Shown here: positions 29,575 through 39,778 of the stretch, piece after piece
How positions within the stretch are numbered: the first letter of the stretch is position 1
Layout of the letters: each line of letters opens with the position of its first letter
Source of the DNA: an uncultured cyanobacterium
GTDB lineage: Bacteria; Cyanobacteriota; Cyanobacteriia; Cyanobacteriales; Cyanobacteriaceae
Direction: 5' to 3'
Length of the DNA: 64,000 bases
Assembly (NCBI GenBank): GCA_963710605.1
Contig: CAVQBA010000004.1
Location: forward strand, 640,001 to 704,000
The notes under the pieces: generated by a model
Seen by the model: the letters and a program-made list of their open reading frames with translations, nothing else
What the model was told of the DNA's origin: nothing
Databases searched by the model: none
Position numbers and translations under genes: made by a program

Positions 29575-31059
29575 ATGAATAATTACCAATATAAATCACA
29601 AGATATAATTAACGATCGTTATCGTATTATTAAACAATTAGGAATAGGTAGTAGTGCGATTACTTATCAAGCAGAAGATTTACAAACTAATCAACAAGTA
29701 GCCATCAAAGTTTTATCTCTACAACAATTAGAAGATTGGAAAAAAATAGAATTATTTGAAAGAGAAGCTCACATATTATCAACTTTAAATCATCCTCAAA
29801 TTCCTCAGTATTTAGACTATTTTCAAATTGATAATAATAACGATCAATCTTTTTATTTAGTTCAACAATTAGCAAAAGGAAAATCTTTATTAACTTTAAT
29901 AGAAGAAGGATGGCAACCTAATGAAAATGAAGTTAAAAATATAGCTATTCAATTATTAGAAATATTAGTTTATTTACAACAACATAATCCGCCTGTATTC
30001 CATCGAGATATTAAACCAGAAAATATTATTTATCAACCAAATAAACAAGTATTTTTAGTCGATTTTGGTGGTGTACAACATAGTTTTTATCATAGTGTAA
30101 CAGCAAGTACGATCGTTGGAACTTACGGTTATATGTCACCAGAACAATTTAGAGGGAAAGCGAATACTACTACTGACTTGTATGGATTAGGAACAACATT
30201 AATCTTTTTATTAACAGGTAAACATCCTTCTTCTTTACCACAACAAAAACTTAAAGTTAAATTTAAAAATGAATTGAAAACTAATATTAATTCTGAGTTT
30301 TATAATTGGATTAATTTATTAATTAAACCTAACTATAAGAAAAGATTTACCAACGCTCAAATTGCTTTAAATACCTTACAAAATAAAGATTCGATCGATA
30401 ACTATATTACCTTAGAAAAGCCGATTAATACCTCTGTTTGTCTTAAAGAAGATAATCAACAACAACTAATTATTGATATTCCTCCTGCTTTGTTTTTCGA
30501 TCGTCCTAATATAGGAATTATTTTACTAACTATATCTTGGTTTTCTCTTTTATTCTTCTTGTTATATGCTATTGTCTCAACATTTAACTTTTTTATAAGT
30601 TATGTAATTGTCATAACTTATATTTTTTATTTACTTTGTAAACTCGTTTTAATTACAAAGGGGGAAGACAATGTACTTAAAAAAATAGGTAATTTTAGTA
30701 ATAAGCTAAAAATTCATCGATTAATATATATTAGATATTTGTTATTAGTTATTATTATGTTCTCATTAATATCTAATAAGATGACAATAACTTATAGTAT
30801 TTGGTTGTTTTATTTCTTCTTTCTTGCGGATGTTAAAATCGATATTGAAACTAATAATTTAAAGTTTTATCTTTTGAAAGACATATTCTTTAAGACACAT
30901 TTAAAAATCAAAAAAATACCAACAAACAAAGCAAAAATAGAAAATTATTCTTGGTTAAATATTTCAGCAATTGATATACAGGCAACAAAAATTGGTTATT
31001 TACTTACTACGGCAGAAAAAAATTGGTTGACAAGTGAAATTAATAATTTTCTTAACTAA
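29575..31059 (+). CDS. Ser/Thr protein kinase with C-terminal TM helices
   Basis: VAIK, HRDIKPEN, DFG and GTYGYMSPEQ motifs; hydrophobic C-terminus. Confidence 0.9.
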   Translation: MNNYQYKSQDIINDRYRIIKQLGIGSSAITYQAEDLQTNQQVAIKVLSLQQLEDWKKIELFEREAHILSTLNHPQIPQYLDYFQIDNNNDQSFYLVQQLAKGKSLLTLIEEGWQPNENEVKNIAIQLLEILVYLQQHNPPVFHRDIKPENIIYQPNKQVFLVDFGGVQHSFYHSVTASTIVGTYGYMSPEQFRGKANTTTDLYGLGTTLIFLLTGKHPSSLPQQKLKVKFKNELKTNINSEFYNWINLLIKPNYKKRFTNAQIALNTLQNKDSIDNYITLEKPINTSVCLKEDNQQQLIIDIPPALFFDRPNIGIILLTISWFSLLFFLLYAIVSTFNFFISYVIVITYIFYLLCKLVLITKGEDNVLKKIGNFSNKLKIHRLIYIRYLLLVIIMFSLISNKMTITYSIWLFYFFFLADVKIDIETNNLKFYLLKDIFFKTHLKIKKIPTNKAKIENYSWLNISAIDIQATKIGYLLTTAEKNWLTSEINNFLN

Positions 31060-31476
31060 AAAATATTATCATCGTAGCAAGATATAGTATTTGATTCTAA
31101 ATATATACTCATTTAAAATAATGATAAGATAATTTTCGGGTGAGATTTGAGTTTAATTTATTAAACGGTATCTATTAGCCTTGTAATTGATTACAAGGTG
31201 GGGCGAAAGTTCAAGTTTTAAATATAGTCTTAAACATTAAAATTGAGAGATAACGAAATAGGCTACCTCTTTTCTTACTTATAGCCGAATGAAGTTATAA
31301 TTACGCAAATTACAATCAATATCAAATGCAATGTGATTTATTTATTTAGCTGTAATTACTAATCAGAGGTTTGTTTGGCACTTCGTACGTATCGATCGTT
31401 ATTTTTAAGCAAAAAAAACTAGGGGTATGTATATATTTACCCCACAAAACATCAGACTAAAACTAGTCAAATATTT

Positions 31477-31761
31477 TTAAAACCCACCAGCAGTAGGAAT
31501 CAAACTACCTAAAATACCGGGTATTAACTGTAAAACGAAAATTGCGATAATTGCTGAGAGATCAATACCACCTAATGGGGGTATAATGTTACGGAAGATG
31601 TTGAGATAAGGATCAGTAACAGGTGCTAAGAAAGAAATTATTTTAGAAGCCCAGTCAGCAGTCTGAAACCAGCTTAATAAAATTCGGACAAAAATCAGTA
31701 CCAAATATAACTGAATAAAATTGGCAACTGTGCTGACGACTAAATATGCGATACTATTCAT
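31477..31761 (-). CDS. YggT/Ycf19 family membrane protein
   Basis: RILLSWF and TDPYLNIFRNIIPPLGGIDLS motifs. Confidence 0.9.
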   Translation of the reverse strand: MNSIAYLVVSTVANFIQLYLVLIFVRILLSWFQTADWASKIISFLAPVTDPYLNIFRNIIPPLGGIDLSAIIAIFVLQLIPGILGSLIPTAGGF

Positions 31762-31829
31762 TTGAGATATTTAAATTGCTCCACTAGATCTTGATTATTT
31801 CATCTTAACTGAATTTCTTAGTTTTTAGT

Positions 31830-32486
31830 CTAATTTTTCCGTTTAAGCCAAAACGACTGCATACCGACAGATTTTGCCCCCCAATAATCTTCTTTCAAGC
31901 TGTCTCCTATATACCATGCGTTTTCGGGTAAACAATTATGTTTTTTTAATGCCGTCAGAAATATTTTGGCTTCAGGTTTAGCAACACCCGTGAGAGAGGA
32001 AATAGTAATCGTTTTAAAATAAGATTTGAGATTCAGACTATCTAAAACTTGATATACACGAGTATCGAAATTAGAAATTAATCCCAATTGTATTCCTTGT
32101 TGTTGCCATTGATTCAAAACATCTATTGTTTCTTCATAGATATACCAAGGTTTACTAGTTTGAAAATAATCGTACAACTCTCTAAAAAAATCATGAAAAT
32201 CAGTAAACTGTTTTAAAACATTGGCTTTAGCAAAAGTACGATAAGCAATTTTTTTCCACCAAATATATTCTAATTTTCGGACAACTTCGTATTCAGTGCT
32301 ATCAAAAGCTAGAGGTGAAGATTCTTTGAATGATTCGTAAAAATATTGATTAATTAATTTAGCATCTGTTTCTACGCCATATTTACTAGCTAATTTACTG
32401 TAAATATACCCTACGCTATTTCTCACGCCAAAAATTGTACCAACTGCATCCAAGAAAATAACTTGAGGAGTATTATTGTTGTTCAT
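31830..32486 (-). CDS. HAD-IA family hydrolase
   Basis: FLDAVGT, ISNFD, AKPE and IGDSLKED motifs. Confidence 0.9.
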   Translation of the reverse strand: MNNNNTPQVIFLDAVGTIFGVRNSVGYIYSKLASKYGVETDAKLINQYFYESFKESSPLAFDSTEYEVVRKLEYIWWKKIAYRTFAKANVLKQFTDFHDFFRELYDYFQTSKPWYIYEETIDVLNQWQQQGIQLGLISNFDTRVYQVLDSLNLKSYFKTITISSLTGVAKPEAKIFLTALKKHNCLPENAWYIGDSLKEDYWGAKSVGMQSFWLKRKN

Positions 32487-32536
32487 TAATTATAAAGAGC
32501 GTTTTTAATTACTTACTAATATCTAATTTTAATTTA

Positions 32537-33094
32537 TTAGTTCAAATTAAGGAAAGGGCGTGCCAAAAAATAACTACAAACAGTTTTTGCATCAATCTCA
32601 TGACAACTAGTCTGAATTAATTCTTCAAACTCGGTAAAACTCATCAAAACAACTTCAATATCTTCATCTTCATCTTGAGTCGGAGGATTAGACAATTTTT
32701 CTAAGTCTTGAGCTAAAAATGCGTAAATATATTCATCGCAATAACCCGGTGCGAGAGGAAATTTACCTAAATTACGCCACTTACTCGCTTTATATCCTGT
32801 TTCTTCTTGTATTTCTCTTTTTATCGTAGTTTCTGGGTTTTCTCCTACTTCTAATGTACCCGCAGGAAATTCTAATAGTCGGCATTTAACGGCAAAACGA
32901 TATTGACGAACTAGGACTAATTTACCATCATTAGTAACAGGTACGGCTAATGCACCGCCGGGATGTCTGATACATTCCCATTCACCTATCGCACCATTCG
33001 GCAGTTTTAGTTTGTTTACTTCAAATTGAAATTTTCTTCCTTGAAAAAATAAACGAGAATTTAATACTTCAGGTAATTCGGGAATTTCTGACAT
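32537..33094 (-). CDS. NUDIX hydrolase (ADP-ribose pyrophosphatase-like)
   Basis: HPGG, RQYR, EFPAGTLEVGENPETTIKREIQEETGY, APG and DEDEDI motifs. Confidence 0.88.
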   Translation of the reverse strand: MSEIPELPEVLNSRLFFQGRKFQFEVNKLKLPNGAIGEWECIRHPGGALAVPVTNDGKLVLVRQYRFAVKCRLLEFPAGTLEVGENPETTIKREIQEETGYKASKWRNLGKFPLAPGYCDEYIYAFLAQDLEKLSNPPTQDEDEDIEVVLMSFTEFEELIQTSCHEIDAKTVCSYFLARPFLNLN

Positions 33095-33154
33095 TATTTG
33101 ATGAATAGTATTTATCGATCGATTTTTCTTTTTATTACTAATATTTTATAGTAT

Positions 33155-33496
33155 TATAGCAATTGTCATACTTCTAAAATACAGAACGTTCCCCCTAAAT
33201 CTCCGCCCCTTCTATCCACGGCAGGGCTGTTTCATTATCGGAAGAGAAAATAGCTATCTGCTATTATTACAATACGATCGAGTTTCATTCTAGAAAGCGA
33301 AAATAGCTAGAAGCTATTATTACAATACGATACAGCGATTTGGTAACATTGTCTTTTTACTATTATAAAAAAACGGCTAAATTTACGGCTATTTCTTAGT
33401 TGTAGGAATTACAAAGATAAGACTTGAAACAGCCCTACTTATGAAGAGGGACTTGCTAATTTTAACTGTATCTCATAAATTATGATAAACGCTATA
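33155..33496. mobile_element. TATAGC...GCTATA-ended MITE containing a second MITE
   Basis: Imperfect terminal inverted repeats TATAGCAATTGTCATA / TATGATAAACGCTATA; a related uninterrupted element lies at 34857-34965. Confidence 0.65.
33223..33436. mobile_element. MITE with 12-bp terminal inverted repeats AGGGCTGTTTCA/TGAAACAGCCCT
   Basis: Perfect terminal repeats, an internal duplication of about 50 bp, no ORF, and a partial second copy at 4978. Confidence 0.8.
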
Positions 33497-33517
33497 ATTA
33501 ACTATTCTTAATTTGAT

Positions 33518-34774
33518 TTAATTAATATTTTCTGGTGGTTTGGCTATAATAATATTAACTGGGTTTATCGGGTTAAAACGAGTCATATTACCGATCGATA
33601 TTGATTTATTTATTTGCACGTTCATAATATTATATTGCCATTTTTTATCTTTAAACCATTGTGAAGCGATCGCTAAATTTTCGAGAGTAGCCAAGGCAAT
33701 AACTACTTTTCCTTGATAATTTATTTTGGTTTCGATAATATCTAATAAAGTAACTATTTGCCCATTACTACCACCAATAAAAACTCGATCGACATTTGGT
33801 AACTGGTTAATCATTTTCTCGGCATAATCATTAATCACTTCAATGTTATTTACCTGAAAACGCTGACAATTTTGAGTAATTAATTTAGTACCTACTGTTG
33901 TTTTTTCAATGGCATAAATTTGACTATTTTGACTGATTCTAGCAATTTCAATCGAAACACTACCCGTACCCGCTCCTATATCCCAAACAACTTGATTACT
34001 ATTTAATTCTAGCTCTCCTAATATCAACAGTCTTATCTCACGTTTAGTAATTAATCCCGGTCGATCTTCAAAGGTATAAAATAGATTATCATCAATTCCT
34101 ACTAAAGGTAATTTAGCTAAATCGAATAAAGAAGAGTTACTGTCTTTTTTTTGTTTTAAAACTAGTAAATTAAGAGAAGATAAGTTATTAATATCAATAT
34201 CTTTTTCATCTGTAATTTTCGTTGTTTTTTCGGTTGTATCTCCCAAGTTTTCACATAACCAAAAATCGTAAATAATTGGTAATTTAAGTTGTTGATATAG
34301 TTGCCAAACTACTAAAGGATTATTTTGGGTATCTGTCAAAATTGCCATGACTTCTACTCCTTTTTTCCATTCACTAAGTAAACAATTAATATCTCTACCG
34401 TGAATACTAACAATTTTAGCTAACTGCCAAGGTATTTGTAATTTATTAAAAGCTAATTGTACTGAACTAAGATGAGGATAAAATTCTAGTTTGTCTGAGC
34501 TAAATTCAGTAGTTAATAATCTACCAATTCCAAAAAATAAAGGATCTCCTGTAGCTAAGATAACGATGTTTTTTTCTTGCTGAAGATACTTTTTAATTGT
34601 CTTGATTACTTCAGTTAGATTATTAATTTTTAATTTAATACCTTGATGTTCAGGAAAATAATTCAAATGTCGATCGCCACCTACTAATACATTAGCATTA
34701 TTCACGATCGATAACACCGAAGTTGTTAAACTTTTTTTTCCTTCTAAACCAATTCCGACAACATTTATCTTCAC
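33518..34774 (-). CDS. cbiET: Bifunctional precorrin-6Y methyltransferase/decarboxylase CbiE/CbiT (CobL)
   Basis: VVGIG, ATGDPLFFGIG, SIHGR, ITKREIR and WDIGAGTGSVSIE motifs. Confidence 0.92.
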   Translation of the reverse strand: MKINVVGIGLEGKKSLTTSVLSIVNNANVLVGGDRHLNYFPEHQGIKLKINNLTEVIKTIKKYLQQEKNIVILATGDPLFFGIGRLLTTEFSSDKLEFYPHLSSVQLAFNKLQIPWQLAKIVSIHGRDINCLLSEWKKGVEVMAILTDTQNNPLVVWQLYQQLKLPIIYDFWLCENLGDTTEKTTKITDEKDIDINNLSSLNLLVLKQKKDSNSSLFDLAKLPLVGIDDNLFYTFEDRPGLITKREIRLLILGELELNSNQVVWDIGAGTGSVSIEIARISQNSQIYAIEKTTVGTKLITQNCQRFQVNNIEVINDYAEKMINQLPNVDRVFIGGSNGQIVTLLDIIETKINYQGKVVIALATLENLAIASQWFKDKKWQYNIMNVQINKSISIGNMTRFNPINPVNIIIAKPPENIN

Positions 34775-34856
34775 GTCAATCTAGTCAATAGGTAGGTAGG
34801 GACGTTATATTATAACGTCTTTACGTTGTAAAGATTAGTTTTTTATTTAAAACTAC

Positions 34857-34965
34857 TATAGCGTTTCCCATCTTTATGAGGTACAGTTTATATTTGTAAG
34901 TCCCCCTTTACAAGGGGGATGAGTGGGGGATCGATATGTAATTCATAATACTAATAATTGCTATA
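34857..34965. mobile_element. Short TATAGC...GCTATA MITE with an internal TCCCCC..GGGGGA hairpin
   Basis: TATAGCGTTTCCCAT ... AATTGCTATA ends; similar to the reverse complement of 33155-33496. Confidence 0.6.
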
Positions 34966-35001
34966 TAAATACCACAGTAGCCAATAATTAATCATTGATA
35001 A

Positions 35002-35658
35002 TTAGTTACTTGACTTACGTTTAATCATCAATTGAATAAATCGTTGCCAATTTTGAAAATCTTGCTCGCTAGGATTAGTTTTCTGCCAAGCTAAACGATT
35101 AATAATATTTTCGTGCCAGTTATCCAAACGAGAATAAAATTTTAAACTAATTCCTAATCGACAAAAAAGAGGCACAGTTGCACCGACTACAATATCAGCT
35201 AAATTAAGTCGATCGCCACCAAAATAGATATTATCATGATCTAGCTGTCGATCGAGAAATTTAAAAATAGTTTCAATCTGCTTTACTTGCTCATCATTAA
35301 AAGGTACAACCGAAGCATTGGTAAAAGATATCAGTTTTGGCACTAATTCATTCACTGTTACCATTTGAATCATCTTCGTTTTTGCTCTTTCTTGAGCTGA
35401 AGATTCTGGGCATAAACTAACAAAATGGGAATATTTCTCTTCTAAATAATCAAGAATCGCTAAAGATTCAATTAATTTAAAACCATCATCAATAATTACA
35501 GGCACATGATGAAAAGGATTTAAAGCTAAAAAATCAGGTTTATTTTGCTCTCCTCGCAGATTAACTAATACAGATTCAAAAGGTATCTGTTTTTCTAATA
35601 AACTTAACCAGACACGACGAGAAATAGGAGAAAGAGGATGATAATAAAATGTCAACAT
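35002..35658 (-). CDS. Glutathione S-transferase
   Basis: SPISRRV, LNPFHHVPV, ESLAILDYL and LADI motifs. Confidence 0.92.
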   Translation of the reverse strand: MLTFYYHPLSPISRRVWLSLLEKQIPFESVLVNLRGEQNKPDFLALNPFHHVPVIIDDGFKLIESLAILDYLEEKYSHFVSLCPESSAQERAKTKMIQMVTVNELVPKLISFTNASVVPFNDEQVKQIETIFKFLDRQLDHDNIYFGGDRLNLADIVVGATVPLFCRLGISLKFYSRLDNWHENIINRLAWQKTNPSEQDFQNWQRFIQLMIKRKSSN

Positions 35659-35677
35659 AATTTTGGTGTTTGTTGGC

Positions 35678-35695
35678 GTTACAAAATGTTAGATA
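35678..35695. promoter_or_regulatory. Candidate HLR1 (RpaB) direct repeat
   Basis: GTTACAAA-AT-GTTAGATA in the divergent gst/usp gap. Confidence 0.45.
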
Positions 35696-35758
35696 TTAAT
35701 GTACCAAATAACTGTATTTTAAAAATAAAGGCTGTTATTTTCCATACTTTTATATAAT

Positions 35759-36601
35759 ATGTTAGATAAAATACTATACGCTGATTCTGGCAACGGTCAT
35801 ACTCAAGAAATGCTCAAGATTTTACTTGACTTACCTGCATTTCAAAAAAGTGAACTCAATATTTTGCACGTTATTCCGCCTCAAGCATCAGCCGATTCCT
35901 TAGCTCAAAAATGGGAAGAAGGAGGTCAAACACTTTCAGACATTGTCACAAATGTCAATCTTGATCCATCTAAAGTATCGACAATTTTAAAGCAAGGCGA
36001 TCCTAAACTCACAGTTTGTCAAACAGCAGAAGAAGTTAACGCTGACTTAATCTTAATGGGTTCGCGCGGTTTAAAGCGTTTAGAATCTTTCCTCGAAAAT
36101 TCGGTTAGTCAATATGTCTTTCAACTAAGTAATCGCCCCATGTTACTGGTTAAAGATGATATTTATGTTCGTAAAATCAAAAGAGTCATGTTAGCCTTAG
36201 ACAAATCAGAAGCGGCTAATTATGCTTTAGATTTAGCATTGTATTTGATGAGAGATTATCGTGAAGCTGAACTATATTTAGCTCGTGTTAACCCCGATAT
36301 GAGTTCAAATTTGGATTTATCAAGAGCGGAAATGGAAGATAATCCTGTTTTAGCACCCGCTTTACAAAAAGCAAAAAGAATGGGAATACCTACTAGATGT
36401 ATTGTTAAAGGTGGTAAACCCGCAAAACAAATTTGCCAGATAGCAGATGATTATAACATTGATTTATTATTGTTAGGCTCACCCGATCGTCGTCCTTCGA
36501 TTGCTAAAAGTTTAGTCGATCTCGATCGTTTAATTGGAACATCCTTATCTGATTATGTCAGAGTTAATGCTAATTGTCCCGTACTTTTAGTCCGCAAATA
36601 A
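35759..36601 (+). CDS. Tandem-domain universal stress protein
   Basis: GDPK, DLILMGSRG, SVSQYV and ANCPVLLVR motifs. Confidence 0.92.
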   Translation: MLDKILYADSGNGHTQEMLKILLDLPAFQKSELNILHVIPPQASADSLAQKWEEGGQTLSDIVTNVNLDPSKVSTILKQGDPKLTVCQTAEEVNADLILMGSRGLKRLESFLENSVSQYVFQLSNRPMLLVKDDIYVRKIKRVMLALDKSEAANYALDLALYLMRDYREAELYLARVNPDMSSNLDLSRAEMEDNPVLAPALQKAKRMGIPTRCIVKGGKPAKQICQIADDYNIDLLLLGSPDRRPSIAKSLVDLDRLIGTSLSDYVRVNANCPVLLVRK

Positions 36602-36739
36602 ACTTTGAACAATGAACAATAAACTCAATTGTTAATTCTCCTTACTCCAGATGTATTGTTTTGCAATATTAATTATTAATTATTAATTATTAATTACCGT
36701 TAACTCTTAACTCTTAACTTTTAACTTTTAACTTTAATT

Positions 36740-37339
36740 ATGGCTGTTGGCGATCGTTTTAATCGGTTTGTGGGTAAAACCCGTTTTGTTGTATCTCGTA
36801 TTTTTGTTCATTTACAAGGAGAAGAGGTATCACCATTATTAGGTATTTTAAATCAAAATGCTCGTACTGCGATCGATGCAGATGGTGAAATGGATGTGAT
36901 GGGAGAAAGTTTAGTCAATATTTGTCAGGGATTATTAGAATATCAAACTTATTGGCAAAGTGCGGCTAATGAAGGCGATGTCTTTTGGCAAGAAGCAGAT
37001 GCAGGAGATTATGTTGCTGAATTATTTACTGATTCATCTTCTCGTTATCTTTCTCAACCTGATTTGATACCAGAAAATGAAGATGACGAGACATTATCGA
37101 TCGGTGTAACTGATAATATTGTCGTGATGATAACGGTGGCTTTTACAGGAGAAATACCTGAAATTGAAACCGATTTGGCAGACGTTGAAAATTTAACGAA
37201 TGCCTTAAAAGCCCTGATTAGTATTCATTATAAACAAGAATATCGAGCGATCGCTATTCATTTTTCTCCCTCTCAATTAGGAGAAACTTTAACCAACGAA
37301 CAAACTATTCTCAATTTTGCTGAATTAATACCCGTATGA
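36740..37339 (+). CDS. Conserved cyanobacterial protein (DUF1517-like)
   Basis: RFVVSRIFVHL, YWQSAANEGDVFW and ELFTDS motifs. Confidence 0.7.
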   Translation: MAVGDRFNRFVGKTRFVVSRIFVHLQGEEVSPLLGILNQNARTAIDADGEMDVMGESLVNICQGLLEYQTYWQSAANEGDVFWQEADAGDYVAELFTDSSSRYLSQPDLIPENEDDETLSIGVTDNIVVMITVAFTGEIPEIETDLADVENLTNALKALISIHYKQEYRAIAIHFSPSQLGETLTNEQTILNFAELIPV

Positions 37340-37502
37340 TAATTAATAATTAATAATGAAATTATGATATTAGTAAACAAATTGTCATTATAAACTTTTA
37401 ATTATCTGTTTTTGATATTTCTTAATTGAAGTAAATCTTTTTCAGGTAAGAAGTACAATTGTGACTTGTCATTTAATCAGAGTGTCTTTAGTTTGACAAA
37501 CT

Positions 37503-37856
37503 CTATTTTGCTTGATTTGGTTCAAGTAAGCTAATTAAAGTTCCATCAGGAGAACGCATTGCGGCAACTTTACCAAAAGAAGGCTCTCTAACTCTTCCTT
37601 CTAAATCAGCCCCTAAAGATTTTAGTTTTTCGATCGATTCATAAACATTTTCGACGTGAAAACTCAAAATCGGAGCTGTTGCAGTTTGCCCATTTTCATC
37701 CGCACCATGAAGAGCAATCGTTGTTTCTCCTGCTTTTAATTCTGCCCATCCAGGGGTAGAAACTTTGACTTCTAAACCTAAACCCTCTTCATAAAATTTT
37801 ACTGTTGCAGGTATATCTTTTACCATCAACATTATGTGCTTAAATATTGCAGTCAT
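37503..37856 (-). CDS. VOC/glyoxalase family protein
   Basis: HIMLMVKDI, FYEEGLGL and SPDG motifs. Confidence 0.85.
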   Translation of the reverse strand: MTAIFKHIMLMVKDIPATVKFYEEGLGLEVKVSTPGWAELKAGETTIALHGADENGQTATAPILSFHVENVYESIEKLKSLGADLEGRVREPSFGKVAAMRSPDGTLISLLEPNQAK

Positions 37857-38098
37857 TTTGTTTATTTTATTTTTATTTTGATTGTCACGATGATTATTAC
37901 TATACTCGATCGGCAAAACTCACAGCAATATAGGTATTACGTTTATCCCATCTTTCGCATTTTGAAAATATAGTCTAAAAAACAATATTATTACTCATTA
38001 CTTAAACCCTAAGGGCTGGGTAATAATATCCGCAGAAAACCAATCGAGAGAAAATAAAAGTTAGAAGGAAAAAGAAAAATAATCAATCTATAATTTTA

Positions 38099-39556
38099 TT
38101 AATTATCAATTGTCAATTGTTTAACAGGTTTATTCAAGGATTTCAAATTTGGCTCAACTACTTCTTGATTGCCGACGACTAAAGTAACAATATCTTCAGG
38201 TTTCAAATCTGATTGAGCGACTCTGAGAATATCTTCTATTGTCGTATCTTTCACTTGTTTTTGATAATCAAAGATAAAGTCTTGAGGATAGTCGTAATAT
38301 TCATAAGTCATTAATCTAGATAAAGTTTGAGCAGGAGTCTGAAATTTGAAGACAAAAGAATTAAGAATAGAATCTTTGGCATAGTCTAATTCGGCTTCTG
38401 TGATATATTCAGTTTGTAACTTTTCAATTTCTGAAAGAGTAGATTGAATAAACTCAGCCGTAGTTTCACTTTTAGTTTGTCCACCTGCAACAAACATACC
38501 GGGATAATCAAAAGCAGGACTCCAAAATCCATAGACAGAATAAGCTAATCCTTGACGAGATCGGATATCATTGTACAAACGTCCGCCAAAGCCATTGAGA
38601 ACGCCATTAATCACACTCAATGTACTGTAGTTATCATCTTTTAATGTACCTCCTATATGACCCATTAAGATGTTACTTTGAGTCAATTGTGGTCGATCGA
38701 TTAAATAAATATCCTGCTTATTTACTTGCGTCGGTTGTGGTATTTGTTCAAAAGAAGGAAGAGGACTATCTACTTGCCAGTTAGCAAAATATTGATTGAT
38801 TAAAGACTTCATAGTTGCCGGCTCAAAATCACCTACAATACCTAACATCATATTTTCAGGGCGAATATATTGGCGGTAAAAATCAATTACATCAACACGT
38901 GTTATGTTATCAAGAGTCGAGTATTCGACTGTACGTGCATAGGGGCTATCATTACCATAAATTAACTTACCAAATTCTCGATTAGCTACATTTGAGGGGT
39001 TATCATTTCGACGGGCAATAGCACCTTTAAATTGTGTTTTAAGAAAAGCTAGTTTTTCTGGTTCAAATTGCGGTTGTTGTAAGATTTCGGCAAAAAGAGG
39101 AAAAATACTATCTAAATCATAACTAAGGGCAGAAAAACTAGCACTACCTGAAGATTGACTAATACTTGTTTCGATCGAAGCGGCTTTTAGTTCTAAAATA
39201 TCACTTAGTTCTTCTGGAGTATGTTTTTTCGTTCCACCTGTACGAATCAGATTACCAGTAATTTCGGCTAAACCAACTTGATTATTCGGTTCAAATCTAG
39301 AGCCAGTATTAATCACTGCATTAGCGCTAATTAAGGGTAAACGATGATCTTCTACCAAGTAAACTACAATCCCATTTTCGAGTTGATAACGATCGTATTC
39401 AGGTAACTGTATCCTTGGTAAAGGAGGATATTTTAAATCTTGATAGTTAGTCGTAATATCAGCAAAGGCAAAATTACGACTAGTAATAACTAGTAAGCAG
39501 ATAACTAAGCTTAGGGTTAATCCCCGAAAGATTTTAGTAATTATTTTTTTGAGCAT
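38099..39556 (-). CDS. M16 (pitrilysin) family protein, non-catalytic subunit type, with signal peptide
   Basis: LENGIVVYLVEDH and IRSRQGLAYSV motifs; no HxxEH. Confidence 0.85.
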   Translation of the reverse strand: MLKKIITKIFRGLTLSLVICLLVITSRNFAFADITTNYQDLKYPPLPRIQLPEYDRYQLENGIVVYLVEDHRLPLISANAVINTGSRFEPNNQVGLAEITGNLIRTGGTKKHTPEELSDILELKAASIETSISQSSGSASFSALSYDLDSIFPLFAEILQQPQFEPEKLAFLKTQFKGAIARRNDNPSNVANREFGKLIYGNDSPYARTVEYSTLDNITRVDVIDFYRQYIRPENMMLGIVGDFEPATMKSLINQYFANWQVDSPLPSFEQIPQPTQVNKQDIYLIDRPQLTQSNILMGHIGGTLKDDNYSTLSVINGVLNGFGGRLYNDIRSRQGLAYSVYGFWSPAFDYPGMFVAGGQTKSETTAEFIQSTLSEIEKLQTEYITEAELDYAKDSILNSFVFKFQTPAQTLSRLMTYEYYDYPQDFIFDYQKQVKDTTIEDILRVAQSDLKPEDIVTLVVGNQEVVEPNLKSLNKPVKQLTIDN

Positions 39557-39778
39557 ATATATTATATTTTGATTACCCCTTTTAATGTTTAGTTTAAAAG
39601 TTTTTGGGCTGTAAATAGAAAGTAAAATTAAGATACTGCTACTAGATTAGCTTACTTGATATAAGCTCTCAACCTATTTAACTTACTTTTTTTCTAATCA
39701 TAAAAAATATTGAAACTTTTGCAAGATTGCCTCAAGCCTAATTACTTTAACTTTTAACTCTTAACTCTTAACTTTTAA

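Noticed and set aside
26908-33094. Two further Nudix genes as members of the NAD cassette
   Set aside because: They lie 8-14 kb away among core-like genes, and no NrtR-type operator was noticed upstream of either.
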